From Candidatus Acetothermia bacterium (GTDB lineage Bacteria; Bipolaricaulota; Bipolaricaulia; RBG-16-55-9; DRXL01), in NCBI GenBank assembly GCA_022683945.1, contig JAJHSH010000051.1, positions 1,238-65,237 of the forward strand: 64,000 bases of DNA, in the 5' to 3' direction. The notes under the pieces were generated by a model. That model did no database searches, was not told where the DNA came from, and worked only from the letters and a program-made list of their open reading frames with translations. A program made the translations under genes and the position numbers. This document shows positions 11,801 through 22,681 of this stretch, piece after piece (position 1 is the stretch's first letter; each line of letters opens with the position of its first letter).

Positions 11801-12299
11801 TGGCCGACGATAGAGATAAAGTCGCGTGCGACCTCGAGCGCCGCGGCGAACTTCCCTTGGGTCAGCAGGCGCGAGATCTCGCTGCTGCGACATCCTGAGA
11901 GAATCAATAGCCCATCGCTATATTGGCGCAAGACTTCTTTGTCTATACGGGGCTTATAGTAAAAGCCCTCGACGTAGCCGGTGCTGGAGAGCTTGACCAA
12001 GTTGCGATAGCCGCGCTCGTTGCGGGCGAGCACCGTTAGGTGATAATATTTCGTTCCCTCTTCTTTGGCTTTGGTGTGACGGCTCTTGGGAGCGAGATAG
12101 AATTCACAGCCGAGAATGGGCTTGATATTTTGTTCTTTGGCTTTTTTGTAGAACTCGATAGCGCCGCAGAGGTTCCCGTGGTCGGTCAGCGCCAGCGCCG
12201 GCATCTTATACTCTTTGCACTTCTGCAATAATTCGTCCATGCGACACATTGCGTCTAATAAGCTATACTCCGAGTGCACGTGCAGGTGGACAAAGGGTC

Positions 12300-12303
<4 letters not shown>
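8863..12303 (-). CDS. dnaE: DNA polymerase III alpha subunit
   Basis: 1146 aa. PHP domain N-terminus MRPFVHLHVHSEYSLLD, polymerase core and OB fold. No intein-sized insertion. Confidence 0.97.
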
Positions 12304-14299
<1,996 letters not shown>

Positions 14300-14307
<8 letters not shown>

Positions 14308-14620
14308 AGTGTTCGTGGATACCGCCGCGTGGCTGGCTCTCATCAACGCGGATGATACATTTCACCAGAAAGCCAAGGCCGTTCGGACGGAGTTGCTCCA
14401 GAGCAAAGCTGATTTTGTCACCACGGATCAGGTTCTTATCGAGGTGGCCAATGGTTTGAGCAGCCCACGCTTCAGAGTAGCTGCCGTGCAACTCCTCGAA
14501 GCAATTGAGCAATCGCCGAATATCCGAATCATCCGCACCGCCCGACGGATCTACGGAGGCTCACTCCATAGAGATTCACCGATTTGTACAAAGGTTTGGG
14601 ATGGTGTAGAATGCGTTTAG
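14300..14620 (+). CDS. vapC: PIN-domain toxin (VapC-like)
   Basis: MTKVFVDTAAWLALINADD...TTDQVLIEVANGL matches the PIN N-terminal acidic residues. The C-terminal third looks degenerate (no D-C-T motif), so it may be inactive or divergent. Confidence 0.65.
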
Positions 14621-14634
14621 GGAGTGATCCGCTC

Positions 14635-14853
14635 ATGAAAGCCTTAGAATTTCAGACGCGCCTCAACAGAAATCACACGTTGACTGTTCCCTCCGAGGTG
14701 GCGCAACAAGTTCCACAGGGACAACCTATCCGAGTGATTTTGCTCATCCCGGCATCTACTGAGGATCAAGACTGGGCACACCTGACGACGCAGCAGTTTC
14801 TGAAGGGTTATGCGAAGAGCGACGCCATCTATGACAAACTATCAGCCGGGTGA
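14635..14853 (+). CDS. putative AbrB/MazE-like antitoxin
   Basis: MKALEFQTRLNRNHTLTVPSEVAQQVPQGQPIRVILLIP... fits a swapped-hairpin antitoxin. ATG at 14635 with SD GGGAG. Overlaps the downstream toxin start by ~23 nt. Confidence 0.5.
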   Translation: MKALEFQTRLNRNHTLTVPSEVAQQVPQGQPIRVILLIPASTEDQDWAHLTTQQFLKGYAKSDAIYDKLSAG

Positions 14854-15160
14854 CCTCCTGCTCATCGCCTTCCCCTATGCCCGTGGTACACAGACCAAAA
14901 ATCGCCCGGCCCTGATCATTCTTGATACGGGAAATGCGGACGTTGTAGTGGCTCGGGTAACGACTCAGATGCACCAAACCCTCTACGATGTGACCCTCAC
15001 GGATTGGCAGGGGGCTGGCTTGCTTGCTCCTTCGGTCGTGCGCCTGCACAAGCTGGCGACATTGGAAAAAGCCCTCGTCCGTCATCGCCTGGGCAGCTTA
15101 CAATCGGCAGATCGTCAGCGGGTTTCTACGGTGCTGCGACAGACCTTTGGAACGTGGTGA
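14831..15160 (+). CDS. MazF/PemK-family endoribonuclease toxin
   Basis: MTNYQPGDLLLIAFPYARGTQTKNRPALIILDTGNADVVVARVTTQ... is a typical MazF/PemK/Kid N-terminus. ATG at 14831. Confidence 0.75.
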   Translation: MTNYQPGDLLLIAFPYARGTQTKNRPALIILDTGNADVVVARVTTQMHQTLYDVTLTDWQGAGLLAPSVVRLHKLATLEKALVRHRLGSLQSADRQRVSTVLRQTFGTW

Positions 15161-15192
15161 CAGATCAAAGAACTGCTATAACTGATCTCCCT

Positions 15193-15801
15193 ATGTGGAC
15201 AATGGAAACGCTCTGGGCGCTGGGGACGTTTTTTCTCTGTTTTTACGGGTATCATCTCGTCTATTTCTATCTTTCGCGCCGACGCCCTCAGCAAACCCGC
15301 AAGGGCCGCCTGCGACAGGCCGTCGCTTCTTCGCTCGCCGCGCGCGATCACTTATTGATCGTGCATCAGTTGCGCAATGTCATTATGGCCGTGACTTTTT
15401 TGGCCTCGGCCAGCGTCTTGTTGCTGGGGTTTGTGATCAGTTTCAGTGGCGTCTGGGAGTCGCTCATCGAATTCCCGAACTATCTGCGCCCGCAGGATTA
15501 TCCCATCTGGACTATTATTCTGACGCTGGGCGTTTCGTTCTTCAGTTTTCTCCTCGCGCTGCGTTACTTCAATCTGCTCTCGTTTCTCGTCAGCGCCGAC
15601 CCCCAAATGCTGCAAGAGATGGAAGGAACCGACCATTTGACTTATTTGACCAGTCTCTTCATGCGCGGCAGCGACGCGTATACCCTCGGACGGCGCGGCT
15701 TTATCTACAGCGTTATTGTGACGCTCTGGTTTCTGAATATCTGGGTCTTTGTGATCGCAACGGTGCTCGTGACGATCTGGGTCGCCATCTTTGATCGCTA
15801 G
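15193..15801 (+). CDS. hypothetical integral membrane protein (4-5 TM)
   Basis: Hydrophobic segments throughout. Start set to the ATG at 15193 (MWTMETLW...), because the upstream part of ORF 15004.. overlaps the MazF gene in another frame. Confidence 0.5.
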   Translation: MWTMETLWALGTFFLCFYGYHLVYFYLSRRRPQQTRKGRLRQAVASSLAARDHLLIVHQLRNVIMAVTFLASASVLLLGFVISFSGVWESLIEFPNYLRPQDYPIWTIILTLGVSFFSFLLALRYFNLLSFLVSADPQMLQEMEGTDHLTYLTSLFMRGSDAYTLGRRGFIYSVIVTLWFLNIWVFVIATVLVTIWVAIFDR

Positions 15802-15842
15802 GCCGACCCCCATCTGCTATAATTACTCCAGAGGTAGATTCT

Positions 15843-17348
15843 GTGCTCTATGCGGATCTTATCGTTACGAATGCCAATATAGAGACGGTCACCCAAGGGC
15901 GCGCCGACGCTATGGCCGTGCGCGACGGGAAGATTCTCGCCGTCGGGAGGACAGAAGAGCTGCTCAAGCTGGCAGCCCCCAAGACGCAGATCGAAGATCT
16001 TCAGGGCAAGACCGTCCTGCCTGCGTTCATAGACGCGCACATGCACCTGATCACCGCGGGACTGCGCGAGACGGGATTTCACCTAGATCTGAGTGAATGC
16101 AGCTCTCTTGAAGAAGCATTGGAGCGCATACGCTCCCGTATTCAAGCGACGGAACAAGATCGGTGGGTCATCGCGCGTGGCTGGGTCGAGACTCTCTGGC
16201 CCGAACGGCGCTATCTGCTGCGTCAAGATCTAGACCGTGTGGCTCCTCATCACCCTGTAGTGGCCATCCGAGTTGATGGGCATCTTCTAGCGGTCAACAG
16301 TCGTGCGCTGCAGAAGCTTACTGTGACGCCGCGCCCCGACGAGTTCGACGAAGCGCAGGGCTTACTTCGAGAAGAGACCGCCTGGGCGCTTCTGCAACAG
16401 CTTCAACCCTCCGACGAGCAGCTCCAAGAGGCAGTCCTCGCCGCAGCCAGGCTCGCCCATCGCTTGGGCGTTACGGCCATCCACGACATCGTCAAGCCCG
16501 CGCATATCAGAGCCTATGCCGCGCTCCATCAGAAGAAGCGTCTGCCCTTGCGCGTCTATTTCAATCCCGAAGTAAAGTATTTGGAGTCTTTTATCGAAGC
16601 CGGTCTGCGCACGGGTTTTGGCGATGACGTTCTGAAGCTGGGCGCGATCAAGTTCTTCGCCGACGGCTCGATCGGGGCGCGCAATGCAGCACTCTATGAA
16701 CCTTATCAAGACGCAGATACGACGGGCCAGCTCAACTACGAACAGAATGAACTGAACCGTTTGGTCAAGCGCGCACACGATCACGGCTTTCAGATTATGA
16801 TCCACGCGATTGGGGATCGTGCTATAGATGCGGCATTAGAAGCGTTGGCGCACGCCGGCGCGAGCGCCGAACGCCGCCATCGCATCGAGCACGCCGAGCT
16901 CGTCACGCCCGAACAGCTTCAGCGCATGAGAGAGCTGGGAATTATCGCCTCGATGCAGCCCAATTTTGTCCAATGGAGCGGGCCGGGCCTCTATTATGAA
17001 CCGCGCTTGGGGAGAGAGCGCGATAGCCGTATCTGCCCCCATCGTGAGGTCCTAGCTGCTGGAGTGCGTATCGCTTTTGGCTCCGATGGGATGCCCTTCG
17101 GCCCCCTTCACGGGATCCACTGGGCGGTCAACGCCCCGCACGCTGCTCAGAGACTCTCTGTCACCGAAGCGATCCGTCTGTACACCCTTGGGGCGGCCTA
17201 CGCCAGCTTTGAAGAAGACGTGGCTGGCTCTCTGGAGCCGGGGAAGCGCGCCGATTTCATCGTGCTCTCGCATGATCCAACGAATAACACCAAGACGATC
17301 AACGAGATCCGCGTCGAGCGCACCTATCTGGCCGGGGAGAAACTTTGA
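15843..17348 (+). CDS. amidohydrolase family protein (amidohydrolase-3 / YtcJ-like metal-dependent hydrolase)
   Basis: LPAFIDAHMHL metal-binding motif, IMIHAIGDRAID, and C-terminal ...FGSDG... of the amidohydrolase-3 family. GTG start. Confidence 0.85.
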   Translation: MLYADLIVTNANIETVTQGRADAMAVRDGKILAVGRTEELLKLAAPKTQIEDLQGKTVLPAFIDAHMHLITAGLRETGFHLDLSECSSLEEALERIRSRIQATEQDRWVIARGWVETLWPERRYLLRQDLDRVAPHHPVVAIRVDGHLLAVNSRALQKLTVTPRPDEFDEAQGLLREETAWALLQQLQPSDEQLQEAVLAAARLAHRLGVTAIHDIVKPAHIRAYAALHQKKRLPLRVYFNPEVKYLESFIEAGLRTGFGDDVLKLGAIKFFADGSIGARNAALYEPYQDADTTGQLNYEQNELNRLVKRAHDHGFQIMIHAIGDRAIDAALEALAHAGASAERRHRIEHAELVTPEQLQRMRELGIIASMQPNFVQWSGPGLYYEPRLGRERDSRICPHREVLAAGVRIAFGSDGMPFGPLHGIHWAVNAPHAAQRLSVTEAIRLYTLGAAYASFEEDVAGSLEPGKRADFIVLSHDPTNNTKTINEIRVERTYLAGEKL

Positions 17349-18409
17349 AAGCCGTCGTCCTCTGCGCGGGAGAGGGCACCCGGATGCGCCCGCTGACTTA
17401 TACGAGTGCGAAGCACCTCATCCCCATCGCCAATAAACCCGTGATCCTCTACAGCTTGGAGACCATAGCCGCCGCGGGCATCCGCGAGATCGGCATCATT
17501 GTCAGCCCACATCGCGAAGAAGAGTTTAAACTCACGTTGGGCGACGGCTCAGGCTGGGGACTGAAGCTCTCTTATATCTTGCAGCATCAACCCAAGGGCC
17601 TTGCCCACGCGGTCTCTTGCGCCGAAGAGTTCGTTGGGAGAGAAGATTTCTTAGTGTACTTGGGGGATAATTTGTTAGAGAACGGTGTCACGGCGTTGGT
17701 CCAAGAGTTCAAGCGCGAGCGCGCGGATGCTTCTATTGTCTTAGTCCGCGTCGAAGATCCGCGCAGCTTCGGCGTGGCTCAGCTCCAAGAGGGGCAGATC
17801 GTCAGAGTGATAGAGAAGCCGAAAGACCCGCCGAGCGATCTCGCAATCGTCGGCGTCTATCTGTTTAACGAGAAGATCTTCGAAGCGATCCGCGAGATCA
17901 AGCCCAGCTGGCGCGACGAACTGGAGATCACCGACGCGATTCAAAGATTAATAGATAAGCGCTATCGCGTCACGCCGCATCTAGTCCAGGGCTGGTGGAA
18001 GGACGTGGGCAAGCCCGAAGATATGCTGCACGCGAATAGATTGCTCTTGGAGCAGATCGAGACGCGCCTCGAGGGCGAACTGGACGCGCGCTCCCAAGTG
18101 AAGGGCCGTGTCCAGGTAGCCACTGGCGCGAAGATTATCAACTCGGAGCTGCGCGGCCCGCTGGTGATCGGGGAAGAGGCGATCATAGAGAATTCGTTCA
18201 TCGGGCCGTTTACGGCGATTGGCTCTCGCGTTCAGATCAGAGAGAGCGAGATCGAGTATAGCATCGTGATGGAGGGTACTGTGATCTCGGGAGTTGGGCG
18301 CGTCGATCACAGTCTCATCGGTCGCAATGTCTCTCTAGGGAAGAGAGAGCGTCGTCCCGAAGCGTTGAGCTTTGTGTTGGCCGATAACAGCCAAGTGCAA
18401 TTGGTCTAG
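17345..18409 (+). CDS. sugar-1-phosphate nucleotidyltransferase, long form (glucose-1-phosphate thymidylyltransferase-like with C-terminal LbH domain)
   Basis: MKAVVLCAGEGTRMRPLT... signature. C-terminal hexapeptide-repeat region. TTG start overlapping the upstream TGA stop. Confidence 0.85.
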   Translation: MKAVVLCAGEGTRMRPLTYTSAKHLIPIANKPVILYSLETIAAAGIREIGIIVSPHREEEFKLTLGDGSGWGLKLSYILQHQPKGLAHAVSCAEEFVGREDFLVYLGDNLLENGVTALVQEFKRERADASIVLVRVEDPRSFGVAQLQEGQIVRVIEKPKDPPSDLAIVGVYLFNEKIFEAIREIKPSWRDELEITDAIQRLIDKRYRVTPHLVQGWWKDVGKPEDMLHANRLLLEQIETRLEGELDARSQVKGRVQVATGAKIINSELRGPLVIGEEAIIENSFIGPFTAIGSRVQIRESEIEYSIVMEGTVISGVGRVDHSLIGRNVSLGKRERRPEALSFVLADNSQVQLV

Positions 18410-18524
18410 TATTAGAGAGAACGAGCAAGATGTAGTATAATAGAGAGCTACAACAGAAGGAATGGGGACCGGGTGAGTCCTTCTCAGAAAGAGACCCCCA
18501 TTCCTCTCACCACCCTAAGAAAGA

Positions 18525-18887
18525 CTACCCGGTCCCCACTTCTGTTTGCTGTTTGCCGGCGCCAAAGAGCGTGTTCAATAGATGCACCAATCCCATGCCA
18601 ATGGTTGTCCCCAGCGCGATCCCCTCGGTGCTCCCCTCAAACTTGGGCTGCGTGTAGCCGCAATGGAGACACGTAAGATAACTCTTCGGATTTTCATCGT
18701 CGGTCTGAGCTTGACTGAGCTCAGACTTACAGATAGGGCAACTCTTCGGTTGGAGCACAGCATGGGGGAGCCGATCGACTCCCTTGCGCAAGATAGCCAG
18801 CTCGGCTTCTTTGGCGTTGGCATAGACCCACATCGGGACTTTGATCGTCTTGTAGGTCTCCGGGTCTCTCTTCGCTGTGCTTCTCAT
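18525..18887 (-). CDS. hypothetical zinc-ribbon protein
   Basis: Two Cys pairs (CPICKSE...CLHCGY) and a C-terminal hydrophobic stretch. Orphan gene in a 600-bp gap, flanked by an AT-rich upstream region. Confidence 0.4.
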   Translation of the reverse strand: MRSTAKRDPETYKTIKVPMWVYANAKEAELAILRKGVDRLPHAVLQPKSCPICKSELSQAQTDDENPKSYLTCLHCGYTQPKFEGSTEGIALGTTIGMGLVHLLNTLFGAGKQQTEVGTG

Positions 18888-19013
18888 GCTTTTTGCCTCA
18901 GAGTAGAATTATATGCTTAGTGCTATTCTACCGATAGTTGAATTATAAGCTTTTTCTACCTGTTTGTCAAGTCCCTCTCTTAAAGAGGAAAATTTACAGA
19001 AATAATCTGAAGT

Positions 19014-19733
19014 TTATAGCATTTTGTGCTCTTGACGTAACTTCCGGCAGAGGCGCTCGTAGAAGCGAATCTCTTGCAGAGCTTGGTCTAGATTGATCCA
19101 CTCTACGGTTTCTATCTCATCGGGTGCGGGCTGGAACCGCTCGTGCTCCAGTTCGGCTTCGTAGAAGAACGTGTGCCAGTGATAGTTGGTCGTCCTCCCC
19201 AGACGCGACTCCGTCCCCAAGAAGCGGACGATACGACAGGGGACGCCGGTCTCTTCGCGGGTCTCACGGAGGGTGGCCTCTTCGGGGGATTCTCCATAGC
19301 CCACAAAGCCGCCGGGCAGCGCCCAGTGACCGGCGTTATAGCCTCTCTTGGGACGCACCATCAAGAGTTTTCGATCTTTGATAATAATCGCTTTGGCGGT
19401 CAGGCGGGGCAGGCTGGTGCTCACGGCGAGCCGGACGATGGGCAGGGCCTCGTCCAGTTCGGAGATGTGATCTTTGTGCCACCAATCTTCCGGGTGGTGT
19501 TCGATCAACGGCTTGCAATAGTGTACGCGCTCTCCGTGAAACCGCATCGTATGAACGATCTCATAGGGACAAGTGATCTCTTGGGGGGTTAGGGGAAAGC
19601 GCAGGCGTCCGCCCTCGCGGATCAGATAGACTTGGCCGTCTCTTTCCAGATAAAAGTGCTCCACAGCAGCTTTAGCATAGAAGATCTCTGGGGCAGGTGC
19701 AAGTTGAGCAAGTCCTGTCGTGCGCGTTTGCAC
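19014..19733 (-). CDS. NUDIX hydrolase with unknown ~110-aa N-terminal domain
   Basis: Nudix box GHWALPGGFVGYGESPEEATLRETREETGV in the C-terminal half. The N-terminal half has no family I can recognise. Confidence 0.75.
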   Translation of the reverse strand: MQTRTTGLAQLAPAPEIFYAKAAVEHFYLERDGQVYLIREGGRLRFPLTPQEITCPYEIVHTMRFHGERVHYCKPLIEHHPEDWWHKDHISELDEALPIVRLAVSTSLPRLTAKAIIIKDRKLLMVRPKRGYNAGHWALPGGFVGYGESPEEATLRETREETGVPCRIVRFLGTESRLGRTTNYHWHTFFYEAELEHERFQPAPDEIETVEWINLDQALQEIRFYERLCRKLRQEHKML

Positions 19734-19771
19734 AGCTCCGCCCGAACGATTACACTTAAGATCTGATCGTT

Positions 19772-22465
19772 ATGAGCATGCGATGGACATCTGTTAAAGC
19801 GCGTCAGACGTTTTTGGACTATTTTCGCTCTAAGAGTCACACGGTCGAAAGCAGCTCGTCGCTGGTGCCCGATGACCCGACACTGCTCTTCACCAATGCC
19901 GGGATGGTGCAATTCAAAAGAGCGTTCTTAGGAGTGGAGAAGCGTCCCTACACCCGCGTTGCTACCGCCCAAACGTGTATACGCGTCTCTGGCAAGCACA
20001 ACGATTTGGAGAACGTCGGCCCATCCCCACGACATCATACGTTCTTTGAAATGCTCGGCAACTTCAGCTTCGGCGACTACTTCAAGCGCGAAGCGATCTC
20101 CTATGCGTGGGAATTGCTCACGGAAGTCTACGGATTGGAGAAAGATCGCTTGCACTTCACCATTTATAGAGACGACGAAGAGTCTTTTCAGCTCTGGCAA
20201 GAGATCGCCAAGGCCCCCAAAGAGCGTATCTATAGAATGGGGGAGAAGACCAACTTTTGGATGATGGGCGAGACCGGCCCCTGCGGCCCAAACACAGAAC
20301 TGATCTGGGATCGCGGAGTAGAGTTTTGCGACTGCGATGAAGCCGTGCGCAGCATCTGCTCGCCTCACCTAGATAACAACTGCAATCGGTGGCCTGAAGT
20401 CTGGAACTTGGTGTTCATGCAGTTCAACCAAGACGAGTCGGGCAAGCGAACTCCACTGCCGAAGCCGGGTGTGGACACGGGCATGGGCTTCGAGCGCCTT
20501 GTCTCCGTCCTCCAGAACGCTCCGAGCAACTATGACACCGATCTCTTCCAGCCGATCTTTGAAGGGCTGCGGGAGCTGACCGGTCATAGCAAGAGAGAGA
20601 TGCGCGAGCAGTATGTGCCCTATCGCGTCATTGCCGATCACGGGCGGGCGATGACCTTTCTCATCGCCGACGGGGTGGTGCCTAGCAACGAAAAACAGGG
20701 CTATGTCTTACGCATGATCATGCGTCGGGCTATCTTATTTGGCAAGAAGCTTGGACTGCCGATGCCGTTCCTGACCAGCGTTGCACAATCGGTCATCGAG
20801 ACGATGGGCGGGTACTACACAGAACTGACGGAGCAAAAGGATTTTGTTCTCAAAGCCATCGTTCAAGAAGAAGAGCGCTTCGAACGCACGCTCGATCAGG
20901 GCTTGGAGAAAGCAGAAATGATTATTGACGAGTTAAAGCAAAGAGGAGAAACTGTTATTCCTGGTAAGTTAGCATTTCCTTTGCATGATACTTATGGCTT
21001 CCCCATCGAGCTTTTTGAAGACATTGCGCGTGAACATGGGATGACTGTTGACCGCGCGGGTTTCGAGCGCGAGATGGAAAAGCAGCGGGCTAGATCGCGT
21101 GATGCTGGTCACGCAACAGTGGAAGGGCAAGAGGTTCAAGTTTTGAGTGAAATAATGCCAGGGGTCTTCAGTCAGTTGATAGCTACAGATTTTGTTGGTA
21201 ACAAAGAACACGAGCATTTTTCTTTGATCCGAGCCCGCCGAGGAGAAAGTCTCTTAGCATTTGATGAAACACCCTTCTATGCAGAAAGCGGGGGTCAAGT
21301 TGCAGACACAGGCTGGATTGAACATCTCAAGAGCGGGGCCAAAGCTGAAGTGCTTAATGTCCTCAAGGATGAGCGCGGTGTCTACTGGCACCACATCAAA
21401 ATACTCGAGGGTAAGCTCGAAGGCAATTTTAATCCAGGAGATCGTTGCTGGCTCAAAGTCAACGCCGAGCGCCGCCAGCGCACCATGCGCAATCACACAG
21501 CGACGCATATCTTGCACGCGGCGCTGCGCAGAGTCTTGGGCTACTCTCAGGGCATTCAAGCGGGCTCGCTCGTCGCTCCCGATGAGCTGCGCTTCGATTT
21601 TAAGCATCTAGCGCCGTTGGCTCCCGAAGAGATTGTGCGAATCGAAGAGTTGGCCAATCGCGCCATTCTCGCCGATCTGCCTGTGACTATCACTGAAGAA
21701 CCCCTAGAGACCGCGAAAGCTCGCGGCGCGATGGCGCTCTTCACCGAAGACTACGCGGGCAAAGAGAAAGTGCGTGTCGTCACCATTGAGCCCTTGCCCG
21801 ACGAAGAGAAGCCTTTCAGCGTCGAGCTGTGCGGCGGCACGCACGTAGAGAGAACGGGACAGATCGGTCTTTTTAAAGTGCTGAGTGAAAGCGGCATCGC
21901 CGCCGGCGTGCGACGAGTCCACGTCGCCGTCGGCGAGAACTTGCTCCAGTATCTGGCGGAGCGAGAGCAGACGGAGCGCCGCTTAGCCCAGATGCTGAAG
22001 ACATCTGATAAAGAACTGACGGTGAAGATCGAAGCTTTGCTGGCCGAGCACGACCAATTAGCCCGTGAGCGCGACGCGCTCAAGCGCCAAGTCCTCATGG
22101 TTGAAAAAGATCGGCTCTTACAGAAGCGCCAAAAAGTCAATGACATATCTGTCGTGTGCGCGCGGGTTGATCTCTCGGTAGAAGACTTGAAGACGCTCTC
22201 GGACTTTATAGAGCCGCAGATCGCTCCCGGAGTAGCGTTGCTCGGCGGGGTCTCCAATGGAAAAGCCTCGCTCGTCTGCAAAGTGAGCGAGGCTCTGAGC
22301 AAAAAGATCAACGCCGGACAACTGATCAAAGCCCTTACGCCCTTGATCGGCGGCGGCGGGGGGGGCACCCCACGCTTCGCCCAGGGCGGCGGCTCAAACG
22401 CCGACGGGCTGGACGAAGCCCTGCGACAGGGTGAAGCGCAGATGCAGATCCGGATTGGGCTCTAG
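19772..22465 (+). CDS. alaS: alanine--tRNA ligase
   Basis: 897 aa. Class II aaRS motifs (FTNAGMVQFK), editing-domain HxxxH, and a C-terminal Gly-rich DHHA1 region. Confidence 0.97.
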   Translation: MSMRWTSVKARQTFLDYFRSKSHTVESSSSLVPDDPTLLFTNAGMVQFKRAFLGVEKRPYTRVATAQTCIRVSGKHNDLENVGPSPRHHTFFEMLGNFSFGDYFKREAISYAWELLTEVYGLEKDRLHFTIYRDDEESFQLWQEIAKAPKERIYRMGEKTNFWMMGETGPCGPNTELIWDRGVEFCDCDEAVRSICSPHLDNNCNRWPEVWNLVFMQFNQDESGKRTPLPKPGVDTGMGFERLVSVLQNAPSNYDTDLFQPIFEGLRELTGHSKREMREQYVPYRVIADHGRAMTFLIADGVVPSNEKQGYVLRMIMRRAILFGKKLGLPMPFLTSVAQSVIETMGGYYTELTEQKDFVLKAIVQEEERFERTLDQGLEKAEMIIDELKQRGETVIPGKLAFPLHDTYGFPIELFEDIAREHGMTVDRAGFEREMEKQRARSRDAGHATVEGQEVQVLSEIMPGVFSQLIATDFVGNKEHEHFSLIRARRGESLLAFDETPFYAESGGQVADTGWIEHLKSGAKAEVLNVLKDERGVYWHHIKILEGKLEGNFNPGDRCWLKVNAERRQRTMRNHTATHILHAALRRVLGYSQGIQAGSLVAPDELRFDFKHLAPLAPEEIVRIEELANRAILADLPVTITEEPLETAKARGAMALFTEDYAGKEKVRVVTIEPLPDEEKPFSVELCGGTHVERTGQIGLFKVLSESGIAAGVRRVHVAVGENLLQYLAEREQTERRLAQMLKTSDKELTVKIEALLAEHDQLARERDALKRQVLMVEKDRLLQKRQKVNDISVVCARVDLSVEDLKTLSDFIEPQIAPGVALLGGVSNGKASLVCKVSEALSKKINAGQLIKALTPLIGGGGGGTPRFAQGGGSNADGLDEALRQGEAQMQIRIGL

Positions 22466-22581
22466 TAATCGTCGTCGTCTTCGTCGTCGTCCCAGTCTTC
22501 CTCTTCGTCCTCGTCGTCTTCGTCCTCTTCGTCTTCATCCCAGCGGCGTTTCAACAGCAGTTCGTCATCGAGCCTTCTCAT
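22462..22581 (-). CDS. possible 39-aa poly-acidic micro-protein (MRRLDDELLLKRRWDEDEEDEDDEDEEEDWDDDEDDDDY)
   Basis: ATG at 22581 preceded by GAGGAGTGAGCTGCT. Lies on the same strand downstream of mntR, and its stop overlaps the alaS stop. Built from GTC/TTC low-complexity sequence, so it could be non-coding. Confidence 0.25.
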   Translation of the reverse strand: MRRLDDELLLKRRWDEDEEDEDDEDEEEDWDDDEDDDDY

Positions 22582-22681
22582 AGCAGCTCACTCCTCATTA
22601 TGAGTATTCGTAGTCGTCAGAGTCTAGAGAAGAGCGGCGCTGAAGTCAAGTTGGGGTAATTTTAGCGATCTTATCTGCACT

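Noticed and set aside
15004-15192. 5' part of ORF 15004..15801
   Set aside because: It overlaps the MazF-like gene out of frame and is non-hydrophobic filler. The membrane protein more likely starts at the ATG at 15193.
22354-22361. G8 homopolymer inside alaS (encodes part of GGGGGG), considered as a phase-variation tract
   Set aside because: It sits in an essential housekeeping gene where the Gly-rich loop is conserved. It is worth noting only as a sequencing-error hotspot.
22466-22560. GTC/TTC-rich low-complexity stretch after alaS, considered as a tandem-repeat or CRISPR-like array
   Set aside because: It has no regular repeat-spacer periodicity. It is irregular GTCGTC/TTCGTC codon-like repeats, interpreted instead as a possible acidic micro-ORF.
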